Source: a virus | Taxonomy: Duplodnaviria > Caudoviricetes | Length of the DNA: 30,742 bases | IMG/VR virus record: IMGVR_UViG_3300006120_000062 | Span: 1 to 30,742 of that record | Reading direction: 5' to 3' (one strand) | Position numbers and translations under genes: made by a program | Notes under the pieces: generated by a model | Told to the model about the DNA's origin: nothing | Database searches by the model: none | Seen by the model: the letters and a program-made list of their open reading frames with translations, nothing else | Shown: positions 1 to 9,264 of the stretch, piece after piece | Position numbering within the stretch: position 1 is the stretch's first letter | How the letters are laid out: each line of letters starts with the position of its first letter

Positions 1-219
1 GTCCAGCATTCCCTATTCTACAACCTCAACCACGCTCCGCAGCGCCTCCAACCCATCGAGCAACCGGGCGACCCTTCCTCGATCAGCATCGACACGGGAT
101 TGCCGTTTGCCGATCAGATCGGAAACCAACTTTTGGGTCAGCTCAACGACGCTTTCAACCAACTCCGGACGCAACTGGGCCAGACTTATTCGCTTTCCGG
201 GCTTTTCTGGACCGTCTGA
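1..219 (+). CDS. Partial tail-region protein (C-terminal end only)
   Basis: Frame 1 is open from base 1 (VQHSLFYNLNHAPQ...LSGLFWTV) to TGA 217-219, followed 1 nt later by the next ATG. Confidence 0.65.
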   Translation, partial: VQHSLFYNLNHAPQRLQPIEQPGDPSSISIDTGLPFADQIGNQLLGQLNDAFNQLRTQLGQTYSLSGLFWTV

Positions 220-220
220 C

Positions 221-415
221 ATGTCGCTCAATCAACAGAACAGCTCTTCTCGCCTTGGACTCAACCTGGTCGAGCGTCTCAGGAATGAACGCACGGCCTT
301 GGTTCAGAAAAAAGCGCCGAAACTCGACCCCGGGTACCCGTTCACGGTCATTCCGTTCGATCCCAAATTTTTTGGCATTCCCGCCCCGTTGGATGCCGGG
401 GACGGTCAAAATTGA
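221..415 (+). CDS. Small tail-region hypothetical protein (64 aa)
   Basis: ATG at 221 coupled to the upstream stop (tgacATG); MSLNQQNSSSRLG...PFTVIPFDPKFFG. Confidence 0.6.
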   Translation: MSLNQQNSSSRLGLNLVERLRNERTALVQKKAPKLDPGYPFTVIPFDPKFFGIPAPLDAGDGQN

Positions 416-448
416 TTCGGCACGATTTTTGACACTAGAAATGACATT

Positions 449-2602
449 ATGGCGCTTTCGTTTTTTCTCATTGCCGACCTGACCAAACGCCAGCTTTCGA
501 CCAAGGTCGGCGGCACGCAATTTTCGTTCCCGGCCCTGACCGCCGGTGAGCAGGTCGAGATCGGGCTGAACTTTTCCCAGACCATCAACGGAACCGCGCA
601 ACAGGTCACCCCGAACATCCGTTCGATCCGGGCTTCCATCGGGCGTAGCGACGCACCTCCGACCGGCGGTGGCTTTGCCTTGTCCGTGGCCGGTCATGTC
701 ACGGCCTCGATTCCTTACGATGCGACGGCCTCGGATCTTCAGACTGCGATCAATGCGGTCCTGACGGGGGGTCTGTCCGTTTCGGTGGTTCATGACGGAA
801 CCTCCTTTGTCATCTCGTTTTCCGACGGGGGAGTTCATGCGGTGTCGGCCGTTCACAATGACCTCGACCCGATCTGCCTGGTTCGCATCCGCACGACCCA
901 GCTTGCCGACGTGTTCCAGACCGAACTGACGATCGTCCAGGCACCCATCGCCTCCACCAACACCTATGCCAGTCTCGTTTCGCGCGAACCGTATGTCACC
1001 CTGATTCAGGAAGGGGGAGGGGAACTGAGGCCATGGCCGACGATTCAGACCCTGACGATTCCGCCGACATTCCAGGGAACCTATTGCCTGAGTTTCAACG
1101 GAAACCTGACCGAAAGCCTTTCCATTGCGGACGGAACCACGCAGATCCAGAACGCAATCAACAATTTATTCTCACAGGTCGGCCAAAGCGTGACGGTCAG
1201 CAATCCCCAGACCTCGGTGGCGCAGATCAGTTTCGACGGTTCGGCTTTCATCGGCTATGCGCAGCCGCTTCTTCAGGTGCAGATTCTGAGCGCCCCGGCC
1301 GGGATTCCTACCGTTTCGCTCGATCTGAACACAAGCGGCGCCTTTGAGGCGTTGCGCGAAGCGGACACCCTCAAGGGATTCTTCCTTGAAATCGTCGCGG
1401 AAATCGTCGACGACGGCGTCAACGCGTTGACCGCTTCCACATGGCAATCGGTCACCCTTTGCCGCGTGCCGGTCTCCATCCAGAGGCCGATCAACTGGCC
1501 CGGGCTGGAAGCCGCGACCCAGATCAACTGGATCCAACCCCCCGGACCGACCAGTTACATCCCCTACAACGCCTCCCAGGTCATCACCGGCCAGCAATTC
1601 TATTCGGCCGCGCTCGGTGACGGAACGTCCCTGAACTACACGGTGACCCACAATCTCGGAACCGAAAACGTGCACCTGACCGTCCGGGACAATTCGAGCG
1701 GTGCGATCCTGGTGAACGGCGTCGATTATCATGCGGCCGTTTCGACCGACACGGTGAACCTGCTTTTCCCTGCGGCGCTTTCCAATGCCCAGGTCGTCGC
1801 CGTCATTTCCACGGCGGGTCCGACTTCGGCCTTTGCCGCCGGTCTGACCATTTCCGAATCCCAGGTGATCGGGCTTTCCTCCCAACTGACGCAGCTCACC
1901 GGCACGGTTTCGACCCTTCAGTCAATTCTTCCGACATCCTCGGTCAACACCGGTGTCGGCGTGCAGGTCGGCTCAGAAGCCATCAGCTTCGCGCTGACCA
2001 AGGTTTCCGAAGTGATCGGATACTTGGGCAATGCGCAGCCCTCCGCCACGACCGGGTATCTGGCAAGTGCGCTTCCGAATCGTCCCGTCTCCTTGGCGGT
2101 TTCGGCGGCATTCGACCGGGAACTCTGGAGCGTTCCCATGAATTCCTCGATGCTGGCGCTCGGCCGCACCCTCTCGATCGATTGGGGGGTGAGCCTTCAG
2201 GCCCTTCGGGCAAATTGCGGCGTCAGTTACAACGTCGTCGTCGAGGTAGGAAATTACACGGAAAGCGGAAACCTTTCGGTGAGCTGGAACACGCAGTCAC
2301 CCGTCTTTTCGCAGCCGGTCGTCATGACCGAGGATCTGATCACCCATTCATTCGGCATCGTGATCAGCCGACTCATGGTCAACACGACCGACACGTTGCA
2401 TCTCGATCAACTCCTCTACGGAATCAAAACGGGAAACAACGCGGCGGCCCCGACCAACGGAAATTTCGCCATCCGTTGCCGCCTGACCGGACTGAGCACC
2501 GAGACCTTTCAGTCCGATCCTCGTGCCTGGATCTCCTACGGGCTGGTCCCAAGCCTGACGGCCACCAACGGCGCGACCGCAGCGCAGGCGACGATTCAAT
2601 AA
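449..2602 (+). CDS. Large minor tail / tail-tip protein
   Basis: 717 aa, S/T/V/G-rich; two repeats of G-[TG]-[FY]-x-L-S-x-x-G-x-x-T...Q-x-A-I-N type; YTVTHNLGT motif typical of tail proteins; tail-module context. Confidence 0.75.
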   Translation: MALSFFLIADLTKRQLSTKVGGTQFSFPALTAGEQVEIGLNFSQTINGTAQQVTPNIRSIRASIGRSDAPPTGGGFALSVAGHVTASIPYDATASDLQTAINAVLTGGLSVSVVHDGTSFVISFSDGGVHAVSAVHNDLDPICLVRIRTTQLADVFQTELTIVQAPIASTNTYASLVSREPYVTLIQEGGGELRPWPTIQTLTIPPTFQGTYCLSFNGNLTESLSIADGTTQIQNAINNLFSQVGQSVTVSNPQTSVAQISFDGSAFIGYAQPLLQVQILSAPAGIPTVSLDLNTSGAFEALREADTLKGFFLEIVAEIVDDGVNALTASTWQSVTLCRVPVSIQRPINWPGLEAATQINWIQPPGPTSYIPYNASQVITGQQFYSAALGDGTSLNYTVTHNLGTENVHLTVRDNSSGAILVNGVDYHAAVSTDTVNLLFPAALSNAQVVAVISTAGPTSAFAAGLTISESQVIGLSSQLTQLTGTVSTLQSILPTSSVNTGVGVQVGSEAISFALTKVSEVIGYLGNAQPSATTGYLASALPNRPVSLAVSAAFDRELWSVPMNSSMLALGRTLSIDWGVSLQALRANCGVSYNVVVEVGNYTESGNLSVSWNTQSPVFSQPVVMTEDLITHSFGIVISRLMVNTTDTLHLDQLLYGIKTGNNAAAPTNGNFAIRCRLTGLSTETFQSDPRAWISYGLVPSLTATNGATAAQATIQ

Positions 2603-2621
2603 AAAGTTTACCGAATACGAA

Positions 2622-4649
2622 ATGAACGTCGACATTTCCAAAGGTTATTATGTCAGCAAATACCCGGATTTTCCGGATCCTTCTATTGGTCGTGCAATAT
2701 CGAGCAATGGAATCATTCCAAGTATTGAATTAAGTTCGTTTACCGGTCCAACCGGTGCAACGGTTTCTTATAATCCAGCTCCGCCCAACGGATTAATTTC
2801 CAATTTGCAAAATACGGGGGTTGTTAATTTTTCGCAACCTGGCTCGTATACGCTCAATTTTTTCCAACCGGCATTTGATTTAGTTTTTGAGTTTGAATCA
2901 ATTTTTGCAGATGCCCCACCGGATTTCCGGACATTACACTACAATGCCCGGTCGGCATCTTATACAGTTAATGTTTTAAGTCCGCAAACGATTGCCGAAT
3001 TTTCTGCAATCTCTTCCAAGACCCCGGGAGCCGCCCCTTTTTCAATTTCATCTCCTTCCTCCTCTTCGGGACTTCCGGTCACCGTTTCCGTCAAAAGCGG
3101 ACCCGCCACTATCAGCGGAACTCCCGGAGGATCGTACACGGTCACCCTGACGGGACGTGGAACTGTTGTCCTTGAAGCACAGCAAGCAGGCAATTCCACC
3201 TATTTTTATGCCAAACCGGTCACCGTTTTATTTTCTGTGCAGCAATCTGCCGTTTCGGTTTCTCTGTCAGCTCTCAATGCAACCTATGATGGCAACCCGC
3301 ATGCAGTCTCGGTCTCCGTATTTCCGGACAGTTTTACGCCGACCATTACTTACAACGGTTCGCAAACCGTTCCGACCAATGCAGGTCGCTATACCGTTTT
3401 GGCCATCGTTGACACTTTTGATTCTTACGGCGGCGATACTGGCGTCCTCTATATCAAGCCCGCTCCTGCTACGATCACGTTGTCCGGAACGACGGAAATC
3501 ACTTATGACGGTGATCCGCATGTTCTGACAGCCAGCACGACTCCAACGGGTCTTCCTGTTCTCATTACCTACAACGGTTCCCCAACGCCTCCCACGACAT
3601 CCGGCAGGTATTCTGTCCTGGCAACAATCACCGATCCCAATTATTCCGGAACCGCAAGGTCTGTTCTTAACATCGGAGGGGAACCTTTTTATTACAACAA
3701 CGCGCTCGGAAACGGAAATCTCGGCGCCCTGGGCAATTATTGGTCGGACAGCGCCCACACCGTGGCGGCAACCTTGCTTCCAACGGCGAATGATTTCGTC
3801 TACATCGACGCCAGTTTTAACGCGCCCGGTGGAGCCATTCCCGTTGCATGGAAAAAAACCATTATTGGAAAATTTTCCAACAATCTGGAGGTGAGTTTTT
3901 ATGAAACAGGAAACGCCGCCGGTGGTTCCCAAATCTTTGGGGATGTCGAGTTCTGGAACGGAGCTTACATTGCCGACAGTAACACCGGCAGTCCCGACCC
4001 GGGATTCACCGGCTCGGCCACGGTGAATTATCCCTGCCCCTGTCCGATGCCAAATCTTGCGGCGGTAGGAGGAATCTATTATGTCGGCTACCCGGTCGCG
4101 ATCGGAAACCAAAACTTTCAGGTGCCCATGCAAACCCTTTGGATCGACGGTTCGTTCCATGGCACGGCAATTTGGTCGCAACAGGCCCCCAACGGATCGA
4201 CCCAACCTTCCCTCTCCCTAGGAACCGTCAAGGAAGGGGATGATTTGTTGTTTCAAGTCTCGTTCCATTCCACGATCCCGGCGGCCAATGATCCCCAGAT
4301 CACCACCATTTCCTGCAAATTCAAGGATGCCGTTTCCGGATCGGTGATCCTGCAGACATTCAATTTCATTCCTTTGATTTCCACCGAACTCGGAACCAAT
4401 CCTCCGGGAATTTACACGGCAAACGGCTTTGCTTCCTACCTTTTCTACATGCCGGTTTCCAGTCAGGCCCTTCAATCCCTGTTGGGAAGTTTTGTTTCCG
4501 GCGTGAATTCCAGCGTCACGCTTCAGGGGGAGGTCGAATGGAGTGAAATCAACACGACCGGAGTCGGTCCCGATCTTCTGACGCAACGCTCGCAGAATTT
4601 CCCGCTGACCATCACCCGCAGTTTGACCCTCGGTTCCAACCTGACATGA
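2622..4649 (+). CDS. Tail/adhesin protein with Ig-like and two MBG-like repeats and a C-terminal baseplate-like domain
   Basis: QTI...KTPGAAPF...SSSGLPV...SGPATISG...QAGNSTY repeat; two TYDGxPH...ITYNGSxxxPTxxGRYxV repeats; C-terminus resembles the next ORF. Confidence 0.7.
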   Translation: MNVDISKGYYVSKYPDFPDPSIGRAISSNGIIPSIELSSFTGPTGATVSYNPAPPNGLISNLQNTGVVNFSQPGSYTLNFFQPAFDLVFEFESIFADAPPDFRTLHYNARSASYTVNVLSPQTIAEFSAISSKTPGAAPFSISSPSSSSGLPVTVSVKSGPATISGTPGGSYTVTLTGRGTVVLEAQQAGNSTYFYAKPVTVLFSVQQSAVSVSLSALNATYDGNPHAVSVSVFPDSFTPTITYNGSQTVPTNAGRYTVLAIVDTFDSYGGDTGVLYIKPAPATITLSGTTEITYDGDPHVLTASTTPTGLPVLITYNGSPTPPTTSGRYSVLATITDPNYSGTARSVLNIGGEPFYYNNALGNGNLGALGNYWSDSAHTVAATLLPTANDFVYIDASFNAPGGAIPVAWKKTIIGKFSNNLEVSFYETGNAAGGSQIFGDVEFWNGAYIADSNTGSPDPGFTGSATVNYPCPCPMPNLAAVGGIYYVGYPVAIGNQNFQVPMQTLWIDGSFHGTAIWSQQAPNGSTQPSLSLGTVKEGDDLLFQVSFHSTIPAANDPQITTISCKFKDAVSGSVILQTFNFIPLISTELGTNPPGIYTANGFASYLFYMPVSSQALQSLLGSFVSGVNSSVTLQGEVEWSEINTTGVGPDLLTQRSQNFPLTITRSLTLGSNLT

Positions 4650-5119
4650 ACACGCTCAACACCCTTGGCATCGATGTGGTGACCCGGTCGGTTTCCGGAA
4701 TTCCCGTTCCGAATGCCGGGACGGTCAATGCCGGTGCGCTGCCGAGTCTTGAAAAGATGGGAGATGACCTGATTCTTCAGGTGATTTTTCAAAACAACGG
4801 TCAAACCATCGACACAGGCCTCGATTCCTTTTCGATTCAATCGCTGCTCCTGACCATCAAAACGGCCGACACGGACGAAATCCTCCTTCAGTCGGATTCC
4901 TGGTCGGGTTCCGGATCTGTCTATTTCCTGCACGCCACGATTGCAGGTTCGGCGCTTTCCCAGGTTCTCGGCACCGGTTCGTCCATGAACCTGCTCGGGG
5001 AAATCCAATGGGTGCAAAACAATCCTTTCTACGGATCGCCCAACGGCAACATCGGACCGGCCACGCTTCGGACGAGTTCGCAGAATTTCGCCCTGACGGT
5101 CGGCGCTTCCCTCGGGTGA
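4646..5119 (+). CDS. Tail-tip structural protein (BppU N-terminal-like fold, inferred)
   Basis: 157 aa; ATGA overlap with upstream gene; shares GDDLxxQVxF...GE[IV]xW...SQNFxLT with the C-terminus of 2622-4649. Confidence 0.65.
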   Translation: MNTLNTLGIDVVTRSVSGIPVPNAGTVNAGALPSLEKMGDDLILQVIFQNNGQTIDTGLDSFSIQSLLLTIKTADTDEILLQSDSWSGSGSVYFLHATIAGSALSQVLGTGSSMNLLGEIQWVQNNPFYGSPNGNIGPATLRTSSQNFALTVGASLG

Positions 5120-5148
5120 TGCCCCGGGGTTGACATCATTGCCTTAAC

Positions 5149-5427
5149 ATGGCCATTTCGTTTTACGATGTTTCATCGGGTGGGTTCGCGGTGATTGCCG
5201 ACCCAACCCATTCCTTTCAGCCCCCGTCCTATCATTCGTCGGTCATTAATCGTGACGGGTTCGGCAACGTCACTTCTGTGGTTTACAAGAACAGCGGGGG
5301 TTCAACCCTTTACACGGTCACGGTCACGAGGCCAGATTCCACGCACCTGTTGATTACCGACGGAACCAAGACGCTCACGGTCACCCTCAATGGCGCTGCG
5401 CAAGCCTCGTCATTGGTCTGGTCGTGA
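5149..5427 (+). CDS. Small beta-rich virion protein
   Basis: 92 aa, T/S/V-rich; TTGACA box 13 nt upstream. Confidence 0.65.
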   Translation: MAISFYDVSSGGFAVIADPTHSFQPPSYHSSVINRDGFGNVTSVVYKNSGGSTLYTVTVTRPDSTHLLITDGTKTLTVTLNGAAQASSLVWS

Positions 5428-5447
5428 TTTGACTTTTTGTATTTGTC

Positions 5448-5681
5448 ATGAGCGATTTGCCGTCAGATGTCGTTGTGGCCATAGATCCGGAATCTTCGTC
5501 ATTACAGATTTCCAATCCCTTCGACATTCCCGCCTACGACACTATGGTGGAATCACCCCAGGGGGCCTCGTCTAGCGGGGGAACAATAACATTTTACCAG
5601 AACGGGCCTTCTGGAAGCCAGGTTGCCCAACTGACGATTTCAACTTCGGGCGGGAATTTGACGATCCAGCGCACCATCTAA
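5448..5681 (+). CDS. Small beta-rich virion protein, probable paralogue of 5149-5427
   Basis: 77 aa; FDIPAYD...TFYQNG vs FQPPSYH...VVYKNS; TTGACT box 13 nt upstream. Confidence 0.6.
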   Translation: MSDLPSDVVVAIDPESSSLQISNPFDIPAYDTMVESPQGASSSGGTITFYQNGPSGSQVAQLTISTSGGNLTIQRTI

Positions 5682-5685
5682 TACC

Positions 5686-6774
5686 ATGCCTCTCTCACTC
5701 AACCTTGGCACCCTTTCGCTCGGCCTCGATCAATCGGGTGGCGGCGGCATTTCCGACGCTCCTTTCAACGGTGATTTCTACCTGCGGCAAAACGGGTCAT
5801 GGGTCACGCCGGTTTCCACCAATTCCTCGGCCCCGACGCTTTCCGGAACGGTCGCCGTCGGTTCTTCGATTTCCGTAAATGTCGGTTCGTGGACGGGATC
5901 GCCGACCGGCTATTCGTACCAATGGCAAAGCTCCCCCGACTCGACCACTTGGTCGGACATCGGGATGCAGACCTCCGATTCCTACACGATCCTGACTTCG
6001 GATTCTGGAAACTATTTCCGCTGCCAGGTCAAGGCAACCAATTTCTGGGGAAACTCGGATCCTGTGCCGACGGCTGCCTCTGGTCAGGTTCCCATCCTGA
6101 CCCTTCTGAGCAATCTGGTGCTGGCCGCCGCCTTCAATGGCGACGCATCGGATTCTTCCGGAAACGGAAACGATTTTTCCATGACGGGATCGGTTCCTTT
6201 TGTTGCCGATCCCTCAGGATCCGGCAATCTCTGCGCTTACTTCGACGGTTCAAGCGACAACTATTTCACCTCGGGACTCTCCTTGACGGGTGCCTGGACG
6301 ATCCGGTGCTTGTTCTGGACGGTCCCTTCCGGTGCCGCGTCGGCTGGGGCACCGATGCTTTGGGATCTTCTTTCGACGATCGCCCCTTCGGACAATTCCG
6401 GGACGATGACTTCTTTTTACCTCGAAGGGGGAACCAGCGGCCGCGTGATCGATTACGGCGGCAATAATGCCGGAAACTTTGGAGAAAACTCCATGAGCGC
6501 CGGTGATGGTGTCTGGAACGAAATCGTCGTCGTCAATGATCCCGTGGCCGGTCTTTCCGGATACCTCAACGGAAATCTGGCATTTTCTCCGGTCAATCCT
6601 AGCGACCGCCAGTTTCAATTCATCGTTTTCGGATGCGCGGCGTTTGGAAGCTGGAACCAGGCGCAGCGTGAAAGCTACGCCAAGAACTTCGATGTCTGGA
6701 ACCGTGCCCTTTTGCCATCGGAAATCAACGCCATGGTCGGGCTTAACTTTTCAAGCTTCGGCACCACCTACTGA
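5686..6774 (+). CDS. Tail fibre / receptor-binding protein (foldon-like motif + Ig-like + LamG/ConA-like domain)
   Basis: DAPFNGDFYLRQNGSWV (cf. T4 fibritin foldon); PTLSGTVAVG...YSYQWQ Ig-like segment; FNGDASDSSGNGN...AYFDG...YLNG...VWNRALLPSEI LamG-type signature. Confidence 0.75.
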   Translation: MPLSLNLGTLSLGLDQSGGGGISDAPFNGDFYLRQNGSWVTPVSTNSSAPTLSGTVAVGSSISVNVGSWTGSPTGYSYQWQSSPDSTTWSDIGMQTSDSYTILTSDSGNYFRCQVKATNFWGNSDPVPTAASGQVPILTLLSNLVLAAAFNGDASDSSGNGNDFSMTGSVPFVADPSGSGNLCAYFDGSSDNYFTSGLSLTGAWTIRCLFWTVPSGAASAGAPMLWDLLSTIAPSDNSGTMTSFYLEGGTSGRVIDYGGNNAGNFGENSMSAGDGVWNEIVVVNDPVAGLSGYLNGNLAFSPVNPSDRQFQFIVFGCAAFGSWNQAQRESYAKNFDVWNRALLPSEINAMVGLNFSSFGTTY

Positions 6775-6777
6775 TCC

Positions 6778-7350
6778 ATGAGCAATCCAACCTTTTCAAC
6801 CACACTCATCGACGCGGCCATCGACGCGGCATTTGAGTCCGCCCGATCGCTCGGTGACAAGGTCGCCCGCATCGCACCAGTTTCTTTGTCTTCCGCTGAC
6901 GCGGGTTGCCTTACGGAAACCGTTCAAACCGACATTTACAAAGGCCCAAAAGGTTCGGGGTTCCAGATTGTCGGAAAAATCAGTTTTTCCAACGGCCTGA
7001 CGCTGGTCCGCATCCGTCAATCCGGTCCCGAGGCCCATCGGGAAAAAGCATGGCCATCGGACATCAAGGCCGATCTTGCAGCATGGCCGCTGGCTTGCCT
7101 GATGGCGGCCGAATCGCATGTCGCTTCCGAAGGTTACACGGCGACCCGACTGGTGACCCTCCTCAATGCTTTCCTGAAAATACTCACTGCCGCCGGTGGC
7201 AATGTCTCCGCCTTGTCCGCGTCGCACCCCAGACTTTCGGCCGTCTATTCCTGGACGCAAACGGTTCAAGCCGCCGCCGCCTCGGGAAAAACCGTTTATC
7301 CCATGGCGCCCTTCACGTTTTCCGACGTGATTGCGGAACTCCACGTCTGA
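6778..7350 (+). CDS. Hypothetical protein, possibly fibre-associated or fibre assembly
   Basis: 190 aa ORF directly after the fibre gene (tgatccATG). Confidence 0.55.
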   Translation: MSNPTFSTTLIDAAIDAAFESARSLGDKVARIAPVSLSSADAGCLTETVQTDIYKGPKGSGFQIVGKISFSNGLTLVRIRQSGPEAHREKAWPSDIKADLAAWPLACLMAAESHVASEGYTATRLVTLLNAFLKILTAAGGNVSALSASHPRLSAVYSWTQTVQAAAASGKTVYPMAPFTFSDVIAELHV

Positions 7351-7352
7351 TC

Positions 7353-7637
7353 ATGACCGACGGGCAGAAAAGCGTGTTCGAGAACTTCACCCGGTGGGGA
7401 AGTTTCCTCACTCCGATCGGCATGGTTGTTCTCCTGGTCATGCAGGCTCAGTTTGTCAGCCGAAAGGAATTTGTCGACGCCACCGAAAAGACCGACAACC
7501 GCGTCCAAAAGGTGGAGATCGCTTTGGTGCAGCTTGTCGAACAGAACAAGGTCAACGACCGTCAGGATACTCAGATCGTCGACCATGAGCGCCGGATCCG
7601 TGATCTGGAGCATTTCCACCCCGTCGCCACGCATTGA
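7353..7637 (+). CDS. Single-TM coiled-coil membrane protein (holin/antiholin-like)
   Basis: MTDGQKSVF...IGMVVLLVM hydrophobic segment then coiled coil ending DHERRIRDLE; start of lysis region. Confidence 0.6.
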   Translation: MTDGQKSVFENFTRWGSFLTPIGMVVLLVMQAQFVSRKEFVDATEKTDNRVQKVEIALVQLVEQNKVNDRQDTQIVDHERRIRDLEHFHPVATH

Positions 7638-7641
7638 AACC

Positions 7642-7854
7642 ATGACGCCCCTGCAAAAGGAAATCTTTGTCGGTTGGGTTCTGGCGATCTTGTCGGGAAT
7701 GCTCGCCGGTTTGATCTGTTTCGGGATCACCGGCTGCGCCCACAAACCCATGGCCGTTTCGGGTCAAAACACCCGGATCAGCAACGCGGCCGAAATCTCC
7801 GACCGGATCGATGCCAAGGCCGTGATCGTCCGTGAATGGATTGAAAAAAACTGA
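7642..7854 (+). CDS. Putative lipoprotein (o-spanin-like)
   Basis: Long hydrophobic N-terminus ending in lipobox-like ITG-C; 70 aa; lysis context. Confidence 0.55.
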   Translation: MTPLQKEIFVGWVLAILSGMLAGLICFGITGCAHKPMAVSGQNTRISNAAEISDRIDAKAVIVREWIEKN

Positions 7855-7855
7855 C

Positions 7856-8356
7856 ATGCGTTTCCTCATTCTTTTTTTGCTTTCGGTGTTCGGTTTTGAG
7901 TTTTCGTCGTTTGCCTCGGAAATTTCCAAAAGCGACATTTTGGCAACGATCCGCCACATGGAAGCCCTCGCCAAGGATCAGAAATCACAGCTCCTGGCGG
8001 CCCAATCCGATTTCCAAAAACAAGCGTTGGAACTGCAGGCCGCGCAGGCCGAGGCAAAGCTGATGGCGCGGCAGGCTTCCCTCTGGGAACACCGCACCGA
8101 GGTGATCGTCGAGATCGGTGCCTTTTTCTTTGCCGCATGGCTCGGAACCATCCTGTCGGGTCTGGTCCTCAAGAACCTTCCCTCCCTGGAGGGTTGGATG
8201 GCCACCGTGGTCGTCTATGCCCTGTCGTTTTTTTTGGGAATGTGGCTGCTCAATCATTTTCTCGACCTGATCGGTCAACTGATCCCGACAATTCCTTCCT
8301 GGGATCAGTCGGTCCGCTGGTTTCACACGCTCCATCCCAAGGATCTGGTGCGCTGA
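7856..8356 (+). CDS. Signal peptide + coiled coil + two C-terminal TM segments (spanin-like lysis protein)
   Basis: MRFLILFLLSVFG...SFA signal-like start; Q/A/E-rich coiled coil; two hydrophobic helices. Confidence 0.55.
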   Translation: MRFLILFLLSVFGFEFSSFASEISKSDILATIRHMEALAKDQKSQLLAAQSDFQKQALELQAAQAEAKLMARQASLWEHRTEVIVEIGAFFFAAWLGTILSGLVLKNLPSLEGWMATVVVYALSFFLGMWLLNHFLDLIGQLIPTIPSWDQSVRWFHTLHPKDLVR

Positions 8357-8365
8357 TTGCCTGTC

Positions 8366-8662
8366 ATGCGTGAACGATTCCTCTCCTGGCTTCGGTCGGT
8401 GATTCAGGAGGGAACGGCTGATTCAATGGCCAGACTGATTTTTTTCATGGTTGGGATCACCACTTGCCTGACGTTTCTGGCCGCCGTCATCTATAGCCTC
8501 TGGACGCATCGGAATACTCCGGAGCATGTGTATGATTTACCGCGTAATTTGAGCGACTCGATGAGGGATATATTTATCGCTGCCGGGGCAGGAAAGGTGG
8601 CGCAGCGGATCTGGGGGGAAAATGATCCTCCGTCTCCACCACCGGCTCCGGCAACGACATGA
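8366..8662 (+). CDS. Putative holin
   Basis: Hydrophobic segment after SMARL and a GAGKVAQRIWGE C-terminal motif; overlaps the endolysin start. Confidence 0.6.
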   Translation: MRERFLSWLRSVIQEGTADSMARLIFFMVGITTCLTFLAAVIYSLWTHRNTPEHVYDLPRNLSDSMRDIFIAAGAGKVAQRIWGENDPPSPPPAPATT

Positions 8663-9264
8663 AAATCTCCGACATTTTAGTCGTCTGCAACATTTCGGCT
8701 TGTCCGGCGCGTTTTCGGCAAGCCATGTCGATTCTGCTGCCTCTGGAATGTGCTTTTGCATCCGATGGAGTGACAATCCGCACCGAAAATGTCGCCCACG
8801 ACTCCGGGGGACGTACTTTTGCGGGACTCGATGAGGCATCTCATCCTGATTTCCCATACAATGACCCGACGCCTCAAGCGGTCGTGGCGGCCTATGAGTC
8901 GGAATGGAATCGTTTACGCGCTTGCGAGCTTCCCAATCCGGTCGGATCGGCGCTTTTCATTCAGGGTACAAATCAAGGTGATCAACGCTGTGTCGGGATG
9001 CTTCAGCAAGCCATCAATGACTTCAACCCGCCCTCCGGCAAGATTGAGGTCGACGGCCTGATCGGTGCGGCCACGGTCAGGGCTGCCTGGGCAATCTCCT
9101 CGCTGGATCTCTGTCGGGCATTTTTGGCCAAATCACGCGCCCGGTATGCCTATATCGTCATGAAAGCTCCGGGGGATGAAATTTTTGCACGCGACTGGAT
9201 GAATCGCATTTCCGAGATCGAGAAATTCTACGAGCTACGCTTTGACAGCTCTTCCCTTGCGTGA
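8659..9264 (+). CDS. Endolysin, glycoside hydrolase family 108-like with peptidoglycan-binding C-terminus
   Basis: LE...DSGGRTFAGL (cf. GH108 EGG...DxGGxTxxGI); NQG; LQQAIN...VDGLIGAAT; FARDWMNRI. Confidence 0.85.
   Translation: MKISDILVVCNISACPARFRQAMSILLPLECAFASDGVTIRTENVAHDSGGRTFAGLDEASHPDFPYNDPTPQAVVAAYESEWNRLRACELPNPVGSALFIQGTNQGDQRCVGMLQQAINDFNPPSGKIEVDGLIGAATVRAAWAISSLDLCRAFLAKSRARYAYIVMKAPGDEIFARDWMNRISEIEKFYELRFDSSSLA

Noticed and set aside
2622-6774. Diversity-generating retroelement or invertible tail-fibre cassette
   Set aside because: No reverse transcriptase or invertase, and no near-identical nucleotide repeats seen; paralogy is only at protein level
7845-7854. A_AAA_AAC slippery site at the end of the lipoprotein gene, possibly fusing it to the next gene
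   Set aside because: The next gene is in the +1 frame, not -1, and fusion would bury a signal peptide mid-protein
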